The position numbers and the translations under genes are program-made. A stretch of 64,000 nucleotides of DNA from Thermoproteota archaeon (GTDB lineage Archaea > Korarchaeota > Korarchaeia > Korarchaeales > Korarchaeaceae), in NCBI GenBank assembly GCA_027491735.1, contig JAOZGP010000005.1:1-64000 (forward strand). Reading direction: 5' to 3'. Every line of letters begins with the position of its first letter. Position 1 is the first letter of the stretch. Shown here piece by piece: positions 41,498 to 50,996 of the stretch. Under the pieces are notes generated by a model, which made no database searches, had not been told where the DNA came from, and saw only the letters and a program-made list of their open reading frames with translations.

Positions 41498-42772
41498 GTG
41501 TTTCGGATGGCTGAAAAGGAACATGTAAACCTTATATTCGTTGGTCACGTGGACCATGGAAAGTCCACCGCTATAGGAAGGCTTCTGCTGGACCTTAACT
41601 TGATTAAGGACCTCCCCCCTGAGGAAGTCGCTGGTGATGCCAGGTTAGCGTGGGTGGTCGACAGACTCAAGGAGGAGAGAGAAAGAGGAATGACAATAGA
41701 CCTAGCTCACACCAAGATAGAGACCCCACACAAGATGATAACCATAATAGACGCTCCAGGACATCGAGACTTCGTTAAGAACATGATAACCGGGGCCAGC
41801 CAGGCCGATGCGGCCATATTGGTGGTGAGTGCTAAGAAGGGAGAAGGTGTGCAGGCCCAGACCATAGAGCACACCTTCCTGCTTAAGACCCTAGGAGTCA
41901 ATCAGCTGGCCGTTGCTATAAACAAGCTGGACGATCAGACAGTCAACTACAGCAGAGATAGGTACGAGGAGATAAAGGCCAAGGTCTCTGAACTCCTCAA
42001 GAAGGTGGGATATGACGTATCAAAAATACATTTTATACCGATAAGCGCTTGGAATGGGGATAACATCGTGAAGAAGAGCGATAGGACCCCCTGGTACAAT
42101 GGACCTACCCTCTACGAGGTTCTTGACACGTTCTCGGCTCCTCCAAAACCTGTAGATAAACCACTAAGGATACCGGTCCAGGACGTCTTCAGCATAAGAG
42201 GAGTCGGCACAGTGGTGGTTGGGAGAGTGGAGACAGGGGTCATAAAGCCCGGGGACAAGATCATAATAGAGCCTCTGCATAAGACCGCTGAGGTCAAGAG
42301 CATTGAGATGCACCACCAGCCCCTCCCGAAGGCGGAACCGGGAGACAACATAGGAATAAACATAAAGGGTATAGAGAGAAGTGAGATAAGGAGAGGGGAC
42401 GTTTTGGGACATGTCAACAATCCACCGACCGTGGTGAGTGAGTTCACTGCGCAGATAGTCGTCCTACAGCATCCCACAGCCATAGCTCCTGGATACACCC
42501 CGGTAATACATGCCCACACTGGACATATGGCCTGTAAGATGATCTCTATAGAGAAGAAGATCGATCCAAGAACGGGACAGGTGATAGAGGAAAATCCATC
42601 CTTCATAAAGAGAGGGGAGGCGGCTGTAGTGAAGTTCAAGCCCCTAAAGCCCTTTGTAATTGAGAAATATAAGGACTTTCCTGCCCTGGGGAGGTTCGCT
42701 GTCAGAGACATGGGCATAACGATAGCTGCTGGAATAGTGCTGGACGTAGTGCCCATTGAGAGGAAGAAGTGA
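41498..42772 (+). CDS. tuf: Translation elongation factor EF-1alpha
   Basis: [31 protein letters not shown]. Confidence 0.98.
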   Translation: MFRMAEKEHVNLIFVGHVDHGKSTAIGRLLLDLNLIKDLPPEEVAGDARLAWVVDRLKEERERGMTIDLAHTKIETPHKMITIIDAPGHRDFVKNMITGASQADAAILVVSAKKGEGVQAQTIEHTFLLKTLGVNQLAVAINKLDDQTVNYSRDRYEEIKAKVSELLKKVGYDVSKIHFIPISAWNGDNIVKKSDRTPWYNGPTLYEVLDTFSAPPKPVDKPLRIPVQDVFSIRGVGTVVVGRVETGVIKPGDKIIIEPLHKTAEVKSIEMHHQPLPKAEPGDNIGINIKGIERSEIRRGDVLGHVNNPPTVVSEFTAQIVVLQHPTAIAPGYTPVIHAHTGHMACKMISIEKKIDPRTGQVIEENPSFIKRGEAAVVKFKPLKPFVIEKYKDFPALGRFAVRDMGITIAAGIVLDVVPIERKK

Positions 42773-42811
42773 GATTGCTCCTTCTCTCATTTTTATCAAA
42801 GGGGGGTTAAC

Positions 42812-43132
42812 TTGGAGACATTAAGAATAGAGCTTGTCGGTACAAACCACAAAAGCCTTGACGAGGTTTCGAGTAGGTTCAAGGAGGTAGCCGAGAAGAT
42901 GGGGGTCAGACTCAAGGGACCGATACCTCTACCGACCAAGAGGTTGAGGATAGTCACCCTGAAGAATCCCTCAGGGGAGGGCACAAACACTTATCACAAG
43001 TTCGAACTCAGGATCCACAAAAGGATAATAGATGTGCCAAACCCGGATAACAGGTTTATAAGGAGGATAATGGAAATCCCTCTTCCGGAGGACGTTAGGA
43101 TAAGCATAATAATGCTCACGTCGACGAGATGA
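42812..43132 (+). CDS. rpsJ: 30S ribosomal protein S10
   Basis: GPIPLPTK, GEG, RIHKR. Confidence 0.96.
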   Translation: METLRIELVGTNHKSLDEVSSRFKEVAEKMGVRLKGPIPLPTKRLRIVTLKNPSGEGTNTYHKFELRIHKRIIDVPNPDNRFIRRIMEIPLPEDVRISIIMLTSTR

Positions 43133-43166
43133 GAGACTTCCTTGTCTTCGAAAGCTGGCCCTTGCC

Positions 43167-43208
43167 AAAAATCGAGCCGATTTTTAGCGCTCTTTTAGCC
43201 GAAAAGAG
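43167..43208. terminator. Two adjacent hairpins between convergent rps10 and tRNA-Ser
   Basis: AAAAATCG-agc-CGATTTTT and CTCTTTT-agcc-GAAAAGAG. Confidence 0.35.
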
Positions 43209-43242
43209 TAAGAATACGAATTATTTTTGGCTTAGGATATAG

Positions 43243-43329
43243 CGCCGGGGGTGGGATTTGAACCCACGCGGCCCATCGGGCCACCGGCTCTCAAGGCCGG
43301 CGCCTTGGTCCTGGCTAGGCTACCCCGGC
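43243..43329 (-). tRNA. tRNA-Ser(TGA)
   Basis: GCCGGGG...CTTGAGA loop, long variable arm, G73. Confidence 0.95.
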
Positions 43330-43430
43330 CTCCTGTCATTAGGAGGATTCCCTGCTATGTAAAGTTGGAATGATGAAATTTCACTAGTTACTGAAAGGGA
43401 AATATGAAGAGGAAACATTCGAAAAGTCGA

Positions 43431-43829
43431 TCACTTCAATGGAAGGAACTTGCTGGACCTGGTAGCCCCCTTGCCAGGACTACTGTGCCTCACGATCTTA
43501 TTGGTCATGGCGAACTCGCCTAGATAGTGACCTATCATCTCAGGGGTTACAGTGACCTCCACGAACTCCTTGCCGTTGTGAACTGCCATCTTCATTCCTA
43601 CCATCTCAGGGAGAATGAGCATATCCCTCCTATGAGTTCTTATCACTTTGTTCATGCCAAGTTTTCTGTACTTCCTGATTTTCTCTAGTATTTTTTTGTT
43701 TTCAGGGGAAAGGCCACGATTAAGTGTTCTTCTTGCCCTAGCATTAAGGATTTTAGCTAACTCACTAAGAGACATTTGCTGCAACTCCTCCAGCGTGTAA
43801 CCTCTGAGCCGGAACTCCTTAGTTGACAC
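43431..43829 (-). CDS. rpsS: 30S ribosomal protein S19
   Basis: [27 protein letters not shown]. Confidence 0.97.
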   Translation of the reverse strand: MSTKEFRLRGYTLEELQQMSLSELAKILNARARRTLNRGLSPENKKILEKIRKYRKLGMNKVIRTHRRDMLILPEMVGMKMAVHNGKEFVEVTVTPEMIGHYLGEFAMTNKIVRHSSPGKGATRSSKFLPLK

Positions 43830-44039
43830 TTTCGACCTCCAGAGAGAATGACCGCCTGAAGGACTACTTAAACGTTATCATTTAGGATCTTTATATAAAT
43901 TTGTAAGAAGACATGTTGAAATCAGTGGATGGAATTGCTGTGGTCAGGTAGGCTTAAGCCAAGGATCCTCCCTGAGATGTTTTCCAGAGATAGAAGCATT
44001 TAAATATTTCAAAACTACATCCTTTTGTACTTAAGAACA

Positions 44040-44270
44040 GCGAGCGTGAGGTCGCCGCCTGCGGCCGATGGGCGCCGCTCCAATCCCTGCGGGGAATGAC
44101 CCGGATGGGAGCCCCATGCCGTTGGGCTTGACAGCCGTCCATGGCCACATAACCCTGACCCGAGGACGAGGTGGGCTCCCTAAGGAGGTTCCATCGAGGT
44201 CCTGCTGCAGCACAACACGCTATCTGAGCGGAATGAGGCGGCGGGGACAAACGGTAACCCAAAGTCCAGA
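44040..44270 (+). ncRNA. Unassigned structured GC-rich RNA candidate (strand inferred)
   Basis: Nested long-range stems 44053-60/44236-43, 44075-80/44226-31, 44107-14/44173-80; upstream TTTAAATA; no credible protein. Confidence 0.6.
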
Positions 44271-44374
44271 GCTAGGGGCAGAAGCACATCTATCAGTCTT
44301 ACTTGGATGGAGTAAAAAGAAATTGGAGCTAGAAGAATTGTGAGGGATGCTTAGAGAGCTGCAAAGCTGTGGTC

Positions 44375-46123
44375 TCAGCCATTCTCCTGGCATTCACGTG
44401 GTATCACTGTTATCGCCTCGTAAGGCACGGTGGAATTGGGGACAAGAGGAGATCTTAATCCCAGGACGAACGCAACATCTGGAAACCCCGATCTTCCAGC
44501 GGCGTAGTATATGAACTCGGTCTTCTCAAAGATCCTCTTGCATAGGGCCAATCCGGCAGCCATGGTTCCATACCTATCGCTTCCTGCTACCACTACGACA
44601 TCTGATCCCCAAGGTCTGCCGTTCGCGTACTCCACAGCCCCAACTCCTGATCCTATCTTGAGTATCAGGGACCTGTCAATGGTGTAGTTGGAGACTCCCC
44701 ACATGGTCGCCAACCTGAGGACGTCGTTCAGATCATAGGACTTTCCTTCACACCTCAGGCCATCTCTTTCTATGGTAGTGTTCAGGTACCCCTTAGCCTG
44801 AAGGTAGTTGACGAGTTCGTTGACCCTCGGTCCTCCTATAAGTATGAGCGTCTTCCCCTGAAGCTCGGGGGATAGCTCTCCATTGACGAACACCTGCCTG
44901 TCGGTATATATCGGAACGACCTTGGAGAACACAGTTCCCGGACTTTTGATCCTGAGAACATCCCTGCCGCCGAGGTACATATACTGAGGCATGGCCACCC
45001 TTAGAACCTTCATCCTCCCGGAGTGATCACAGTTGACAATGTGATCGGTCTTCGCGCACACGTTTAGGAGTGCGTACGCCTTCCCATTGAAGATCTTAAC
45101 CTCACCACGCGACCAGCTTCGGTTACCCTCGAACAGGACGATATAATCTCCCTCAACCCTATATCCCGTGACGTTCTCCCAGGAGTTGGGCAGGTAGTAA
45201 GTGTAGTTGTTTCTATTTGAGCTGAACATCAAAGCTCGGCCGCTCTCTGGCAGCTCAGCGTTAAACAGAGCACTGGAACCCTTTTTCCAGAAATTATATC
45301 CCTCTGGGGGTATCAGGAGAGAGGTGAGCCTGACCTTAATCTCACCCACTGAGACGTTGAAGTCCTCCTTCTCTATGTTGAAAGCCACCAGGCCAGAGAG
45401 CCCATCTCCTTTTATTATGGGTCTCCTGACCACTATAATGCTCCCGGAGATGGGAAACTGGAACCCCCATGCCATAGTTCCTGGGGTTATCCGAGCAGCG
45501 GCGTATATCCAACCTTCTCTCCTCACCAACAGGTTGAGCTCGTAATCACTCGAACTTCTTATGATGACCCTCTGAGCTGATATATTGTACCTGATCCAGG
45601 GCAGGTAGTAAGTGGTTCCGTTCCTCAGCTCCAACCAATCCGTCTTGAAGACAAGCCTCCCGTTCTCCACAATCATGTCTCCTTTCGGCTTAATTCTCTT
45701 TCCTACCAGATAGATGAACTCCTCAGACACTTCAGTCTGTGGGATGATCACACGATCGCCCAACTGATACTCCTCTCCAACTACATGGTTTCCCTGGATG
45801 AGCTCCACTCTATTTCTAGAAAACACTGGCTTAAAGACATCCCCGAACCTTGGGCAGTAGTAAGGATTAGTCGGAAGCTTGGTCAGATTCACGCCCTCAA
45901 GATTCTCTATGCTCTTCGCTATCATGACCGCTGTGTAGAGGTCGGTATAGCTGGCATTCGATCCTATGACTATCACCACATCCGGGGATCCATCAGAATC
46001 CCAGTCCACCGACCCGTTTCTGATGAAAGTTTCGGGAAGGCTTGACAGAGGGGGATGGGCGCTCAAAGCTGCAACGCTCAGGATCAGCATCATGAACAGC
46101 AGAAGAATAACTAAGGCAACCCT
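44375..46123 (-). CDS. S-layer-like protein
   Basis: Signal peptide; IVIGSNA...D and LILIGGPRVN...VVAGSDRYGT S-layer N/C motifs; many NxS/T sequons. Confidence 0.8.
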   Translation of the reverse strand, partial: RVALVILLLFMMLILSVAALSAHPPLSSLPETFIRNGSVDWDSDGSPDVVIVIGSNASYTDLYTAVMIAKSIENLEGVNLTKLPTNPYYCPRFGDVFKPVFSRNRVELIQGNHVVGEEYQLGDRVIIPQTEVSEEFIYLVGKRIKPKGDMIVENGRLVFKTDWLELRNGTTYYLPWIRYNISAQRVIIRSSSDYELNLLVRREGWIYAAARITPGTMAWGFQFPISGSIIVVRRPIIKGDGLSGLVAFNIEKEDFNVSVGEIKVRLTSLLIPPEGYNFWKKGSSALFNAELPESGRALMFSSNRNNYTYYLPNSWENVTGYRVEGDYIVLFEGNRSWSRGEVKIFNGKAYALLNVCAKTDHIVNCDHSGRMKVLRVAMPQYMYLGGRDVLRIKSPGTVFSKVVPIYTDRQVFVNGELSPELQGKTLILIGGPRVNELVNYLQAKGYLNTTIERDGLRCEGKSYDLNDVLRLATMWGVSNYTIDRSLILKIGSGVGAVEYANGRPWGSDVVVVAGSDRYGTMAAGLALCKRIFEKTEFIYYAAGRSGFPDVAFVLGLRSPLVPNSTVPYEAITVIPRECQENG

Positions 46124-46199
46124 CATCTCTTCCCAGTCCCCAATCCCTTTACAAAATATAAAAAGGGAGTCATCCCCCAGGGCATGGTCCAATCGATGA

Positions 46200-46595
46200 T
46201 CAGCGAATCATCTCCTCTATCCTCGACAGAAATCGCTCCCGGTCCACTATAAACCTCTCATGGAAGCCCTCGCCGATCTTCTTTCCATTCCAGTAGGCTT
46301 CGACCCTAAATCTGAGCCTCCTACCGCTAACCTCGATAAGCTCAGATATAACCTCTATCTCTGCCCCGAGAGGGGCAGCTTTCAGATGATTGATCTCAAC
46401 TCTGGTTCCCACTGTAGTTTCTCCACTCTCAAGCTTATCCTCAACGCTCCTTCTGCAGGTCTCCTCCATGAAAGCTATCATCGAGGGAGTGGACAAAACG
46501 CTCACATCACCGCTGCCGAGAAAGCTGGCGGTGTGTTCTCTCCCAACCCTGAAGGTCTTCTTGTTCCTGATACCTAGCTTCAACATGAGCACCAC
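46200..46595 (-). CDS. Fluoroacetyl-CoA thioesterase (FlK)-like hotdog protein
   Basis: GSG...VLSTP.MIAFME, TVGT, H..A, G.HER. Confidence 0.9.
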   Translation of the reverse strand: MVLMLKLGIRNKKTFRVGREHTASFLGSGDVSVLSTPSMIAFMEETCRRSVEDKLESGETTVGTRVEINHLKAAPLGAEIEVISELIEVSGRRLRFRVEAYWNGKKIGEGFHERFIVDRERFLSRIEEMIR

Positions 46596-46638
46596 CTCGA
46601 AATCATCTTGAATACTGAAAAGAAAAATTTTGGTGATA

Positions 46639-47235
46639 TCAGAACCGACCTTCTATCACCCTATAGATGGGATGCCTTCTCTTGCTCTCCTCCAGGATCT
46701 GGATCATTAGGGCAACTAAACAAACGATAAATGCTACAATCTCCGTCCAAATCCCATACTCCAGGTGCCATCTTATCCAGATCGGTAAACTTGAGCTCAT
46801 GTTTATTATCCTCTCCATGCGAAGTGGAAGGTCCATGACGAGGGTTCCCATCACAAAGAAAATCAGGGAGGCAGCTACACATCCCAAAGCGGATCCTAGC
46901 CTAACCTTGCTGCCTATTATGCCCCCCCATACAATAAGCAATAGTCCTGTGAAGTGGAGCAACGCTGCCAAGAGGAAGGAGGTTCTCGACAATCCTATCT
47001 TAGCTCTCGAAGTCGTTGGAAAGTAGCCCTGCTCACTGAGCCAGTCCACCATAGAGTAGAACCTCGACAAAGAGGACTTGGGGCTGGCGTGAGTGCTCCA
47101 CCACAGCATCGTAAAGGGGTTCAGGGTTAGCTTCACGTAGCCGTTACTGTTCGGTGTTGATCCTTCGGCGACGAACCATGGAAGGAATGACGCTAGTATT
47201 AGGAGGATCAGCGAAATGACTGCCAGCTTGTTCAT
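46639..47235 (-). CDS. Membrane protein
   Basis: FLPWF after the first TM; four TM segments. Confidence 0.7.
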   Translation of the reverse strand: MNKLAVISLILLILASFLPWFVAEGSTPNSNGYVKLTLNPFTMLWWSTHASPKSSLSRFYSMVDWLSEQGYFPTTSRAKIGLSRTSFLLAALLHFTGLLLIVWGGIIGSKVRLGSALGCVAASLIFFVMGTLVMDLPLRMERIINMSSSLPIWIRWHLEYGIWTEIVAFIVCLVALMIQILEESKRRHPIYRVIEGRF

Positions 47236-47307
47236 CCGGGATTGGGGGATAACCTTCTAAATAAAGGTTGATATCCTATCGATGAGAGGTCCAAGGGAGG
47301 TAATCGC

Positions 47308-48093
47308 TTGAGCTACTCCAAGGTAGCTGAGGTGATAGAGGGATTTATAAAAGGGTTTGTAGTCGGATCTGGAGCTAAAGGATGCGTGATAGGGCTTAGT
47401 GGTGGTCTGGACTCCTCCACTGTAGCTCATCTCCTCGTCAGAGCTCTCAGTAAGGAGAAGGTTCTCGGACTGATAATGCCAATGTCTGGCATTACTAAGC
47501 AGGAGGATCTGGACGATGCAGTCTCTTTGGCGGAAGATCTCGGTATAGACTATAGGATAATGGATATAAGAGAGATCTTTGAGGCATATGCCTCTACGAA
47601 TCATCTCTTCGACGAGAACGACAAGATAGCCAACGGCAACCTTCAGGCTAGAATAAGAATGACGCTCCTCTACTACGCTGCTAATAGAAAGGGCCTTCTC
47701 GTGGCAGGAACATCCGACAGGAGTGAGATACTGCTCGGGTACTTCACCAAATATGGAGATGGAGCCTCCGACTTTATACCGATAGGAGACCTCTACAAGA
47801 CTCAGGTCAGGAAACTGGCGAGGAGCATAGGGGTTCCGGATAAGATAGTGAACAAGCCCAGCAGCCCAGGTCTTTGGATCGGTCAGACAGCGGAGGGGGA
47901 GCTTGGTCTAAGTTATGACATAATCGATAGGATACTGACAGCTCTCTTCGACAAGAAGATGGAGATAAATAAGGCCGCTGAGGATGTTGGAGTGAGCAAG
48001 GAGGTTGTTGAGAGGATCATGGAGATGTGCAGGAACTCTGCTCATAAGAGATCCCTGCCTCCCAAGCCGTCCGTCAGAATTCTCCTGAGGTGA
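47308..48093 (+). CDS. nadE: NH3-dependent NAD+ synthetase
   Basis: GLSGGLDS, GN..ARIRM, GYFTKYGDG. Confidence 0.96.
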   Translation: MSYSKVAEVIEGFIKGFVVGSGAKGCVIGLSGGLDSSTVAHLLVRALSKEKVLGLIMPMSGITKQEDLDDAVSLAEDLGIDYRIMDIREIFEAYASTNHLFDENDKIANGNLQARIRMTLLYYAANRKGLLVAGTSDRSEILLGYFTKYGDGASDFIPIGDLYKTQVRKLARSIGVPDKIVNKPSSPGLWIGQTAEGELGLSYDIIDRILTALFDKKMEINKAAEDVGVSKEVVERIMEMCRNSAHKRSLPPKPSVRILLR

Positions 48094-48686
48094 ACTTGTT
48101 GAATGAGCTGGAGATTATAGCGGAGGAAGTCAGGAGGTGCAGAAGGTGTTCTCTACACAAGACTAGGAAGAACCCCGTTCCTGGAGAGGGAGCCGAGGAC
48201 GCTGAGATAATGTTCGTGGGTGAGGCTCCTGGAAGGAACGAGGATGAGCAAGGAAAACCGTTTGTCGGAGCAGCCGGTGAGTTCTTGACAGAGCTCATAA
48301 GCATGATAGGGATGACAAGGGACGAGGTCTTCATAACGAATGTAGTTAAATGCAGACCACCTCACAACAGAGATCCCAAGCCCGAGGAGATAGAGGCCTG
48401 TTCTCCCTTCCTGGACAGGCAGATAAAAGCCATATCCCCCAGGATCATAGTTAGTCTGGGAAGGCACAGCACATCATACCTATTCAGAAAGGCTGGGCTT
48501 GAATTCAGATCGATAGGGGCGGTCAGGGGAAGGATTGTTGAGGTTGAGATCTTGGGGCTCAGCGTGAAGCTTCTCCCTACATATCATCCGGCGGCAAGCC
48601 TCTATAATCCAGCTGTGAGGAGCAAGATAGTGGAAGATCTCCTCAAGCTAAGGAGAGAAGGAACTGATCTGACGAAGTACCTCTGA
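48090..48686 (+). CDS. udg: Family 4 uracil-DNA glycosylase
   Basis: C..C, GEAPG..ED..G.PFVG, KCRPP, YHPAA. Confidence 0.95.
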   Translation: MNLLNELEIIAEEVRRCRRCSLHKTRKNPVPGEGAEDAEIMFVGEAPGRNEDEQGKPFVGAAGEFLTELISMIGMTRDEVFITNVVKCRPPHNRDPKPEEIEACSPFLDRQIKAISPRIIVSLGRHSTSYLFRKAGLEFRSIGAVRGRIVEVEILGLSVKLLPTYHPAASLYNPAVRSKIVEDLLKLRREGTDLTKYL

Positions 48687-48701
48687 GGAGGTGAGTTCAT
48701 C

Positions 48702-49277
48702 TTGATGGAAGCGATGGTTCAGCGGGTGATCTCCCTGATAGAAGCAGGGTCATACCCAGCGATAACAGGACTGATGATCCTTGAAAGCGCCTTGATACCC
48801 ATACCAAGCGAGGTCATAATGCCCTTTGCAGGGTTTTTGGTGTCAAGAGGGAAGCTAAACCTAGCTTTGGTTATTCTAAGTGGGACCTTCGGAAATCTGA
48901 TCGGCTCCCTCATAGCTTATCTGCTGGGACTGAGGATCACATGGTCTCCGATAAAGAGGCTTCCCCTGATACGAAGGGAAGCCCTTCGAGCTGAGTGCTT
49001 TATGGCAAAGCATGGGGACATATCGGTTTTCCTCGGGAGGATTATGCCAGGTGTGAGGACCTTCATATCTCTTCCAGCTGGACTGTCAAGGATGAACCTT
49101 CTCAAATTCTCAGCGTACACTCTGGCTGGAAGCATTCCTTGGAATCTCTTTATGACATATTTAGGCATGATTCTGGAGGAGCGATGGAAGATAATATCCT
49201 TCTACCTCGATCCTCTGGCCTTGATTGTGTTCCTGATTATTCTGATATACCTTTTCCTGTGGAGGGATGAAATGTGA
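48702..49277 (+). CDS. DedA family membrane protein
   Basis: PIPSEVIMPFAG, GR..PGVRTFISLPAG. Confidence 0.93.
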   Translation: MMEAMVQRVISLIEAGSYPAITGLMILESALIPIPSEVIMPFAGFLVSRGKLNLALVILSGTFGNLIGSLIAYLLGLRITWSPIKRLPLIRREALRAECFMAKHGDISVFLGRIMPGVRTFISLPAGLSRMNLLKFSAYTLAGSIPWNLFMTYLGMILEERWKIISFYLDPLALIVFLIILIYLFLWRDEM

Positions 49278-50035
49278 GGCTGTTCGATGTTCACTGTCAC
49301 CTGGAGGATCCCTCCTTTGATGTTGACAGGGAGGAGGTTATCACACGGGCTGTAAGGGCTGGAGTTCTTCGAATGGTGACCTCGCCACTCGGAAGAGACC
49401 AGGTCCTGAGATCTCTCAAGATCTTTTCCAAGAACGAACATGTGCTGATATCCGCTGGCATGGATCCAAGGGAGTTCATTAGTAAACCTAAGGCCTCGGA
49501 ACTCATCTCTCTCGTGAGGAAGATCGGCGATATGATTGTGGCGATAGGAGAAGTTGGTCTCGACTACAAGATCGCTAGAACCGAGGCTGAGAGGGCGATC
49601 CAGAGGGAGGTATTTCGGGAGTTCATAAGGCTGGCTGACTCCGTGAATAAACCGCTTGTGGTTCACAGCAGATGGGCTCAGAGACCAGTTTTGAGGGTTC
49701 TGGATGAAATGTATGCCGTGGATGTCATTCTACACTCATTTGGGGGGAACGAAACTGACGTCAAGTTTGCTGCTGAGAGAGACTGGTTCATGAGTGTGCC
49801 GACGAGTATCACCTACTCTGCAAACATCAGAAAGGTGGCCAAACTTGTTCCAGACGAGCTTCTTCTTCTTGAGACAGACTCTCCAGTGATGTCTCCTCAT
49901 AGATATGGGAGAAACGAACCAGCAAACCTAATCATCTCAGCGATAGAGATAGCGTCTATCCGGGGAATCAGCACCGACGAGCTATCAGATCTGACCTTCT
50001 CAAACTCGTGTAAGGCCTATAAGGTGGTTTTTTGA
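49274..50035 (+). CDS. TatD family hydrolase
   Basis: DVHCH, IGEVGLD, HSR, ETDSP. Confidence 0.93.
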   Translation: MRLFDVHCHLEDPSFDVDREEVITRAVRAGVLRMVTSPLGRDQVLRSLKIFSKNEHVLISAGMDPREFISKPKASELISLVRKIGDMIVAIGEVGLDYKIARTEAERAIQREVFREFIRLADSVNKPLVVHSRWAQRPVLRVLDEMYAVDVILHSFGGNETDVKFAAERDWFMSVPTSITYSANIRKVAKLVPDELLLLETDSPVMSPHRYGRNEPANLIISAIEIASIRGISTDELSDLTFSNSCKAYKVVF

Positions 50036-50829
50036 AGCTTTCATATGGCTTGGACATAATAGGATCCAGAGATACCGGAGCTGTGGCTATAATAAAGCTG
50101 AACTACAGCGGAGATCCTATGGAGATAGCCAAGGAGGTGATTAGCAGATATAAACATGTGAAATCTGTCCTCTTGGAGGAAAGCCCTCGGAATGGTGAGC
50201 TCAGGACCAGAGAACTACAGCTCCTGCTCGGGTCTGAGGACACGGAGGTGATTCACGTTGAATACGGGATGAGGTTGAAGTTGGATCCTAGAAAAGTCTA
50301 CTTCTCTCCGAGAGAGGCTACAGAGAGGCAGAGAATAGCCTCCAAGGTTCTGCCCGGCGAGAGGGTCCTGGTGATGTTTGCTGGAATCGGCCCCTATGCA
50401 ATCGCAGTAGCGAGGAAACAGCCCCTCGTCGAGGAGGTAGTTGGAGTTGAGCTGAACAGGTCGGCTTACGAGTACTTTCTCGAGAACATCAGACTTAACA
50501 GGGTGGAGGGAAAAGTGAAGGCAGTATGGGGGGACGTCAGGGAAGTATGTTCCTCGATGTCCGGACTCTTCGACAGGATCGTCATGCCTCTTCCCAAGGG
50601 GGCATATAGATTTCTGGATCTGGCAATCTCATGTCTTAAAGACGGAGGAGGGTGCATTCATTTCTACTACTGGGGGGGTGAAGATGCTTTCCGGAGAGCC
50701 GAAGAGCTTGTGAGAAGTAAGTCCGAGAGTGAGGGGTTTGAGGTGAGGATAGAGGAGAAAAGAAGAGTGTCCAGTTACTCTCCTCACGTGTGGAAAATCA
50801 GGCTAGACATTCTCCTGAGGAGGATGTAG
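50032..50829 (+). CDS. Trm5/Taw2 (Met-10+) tRNA methyltransferase family
   Basis: KVYFSPR..TER, MFAGIGPY, DRIVMPLP. Confidence 0.9.
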   Translation: MKLSYGLDIIGSRDTGAVAIIKLNYSGDPMEIAKEVISRYKHVKSVLLEESPRNGELRTRELQLLLGSEDTEVIHVEYGMRLKLDPRKVYFSPREATERQRIASKVLPGERVLVMFAGIGPYAIAVARKQPLVEEVVGVELNRSAYEYFLENIRLNRVEGKVKAVWGDVREVCSSMSGLFDRIVMPLPKGAYRFLDLAISCLKDGGGCIHFYYWGGEDAFRRAEELVRSKSESEGFEVRIEEKRRVSSYSPHVWKIRLDILLRRM

Positions 50830-50879
50830 CTTCATAGCCCAAAGAAGCATATATATTTTCGGAAGGTTGTGGAGTCACC

Positions 50880-50942
50880 ATGCATCATACATGCTGCTTC
50901 ATATTTTCCTGCCCTAGTTGCGGAGGTAGCACGCAAGCATAA
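50880..50942 (+). CDS. Putative 20-aa Cys/His-rich peptide (MHHTCCFIFSCPSCGGSTQA)
   Basis: TATA-like ATATATATTTT and GGAG upstream; CxxC; too short for the ORF track. Confidence 0.3.
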   Translation: MHHTCCFIFSCPSCGGSTQA

Positions 50943-50996
50943 TCTCATCTTTTTATCTTCCTCCTTTCAATTTTCACTTGGCGACCTCGAGGAGGA

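Noticed and set aside
44040-44270. SRP RNA, RNase P RNA, group I intron or telomerase-like RNA (TAACCCTGACCC)
   Set aside because: There is no CAGG-GNRA-AGCA helix 8 and no GAGGAAAGUCC/ACAGAA pair. P4-like TGCGG/CTGCA is present but no P7 GACUA. The telomere-like word is short and no RT gene is nearby.
43954-44343. ORFs 43954-44262(-), 44031-44213(-) and 44068-44343(+)
   Set aside because: Pro/Gly/Arg-rich products typical of GC-rich structured DNA, with no recognisable motifs
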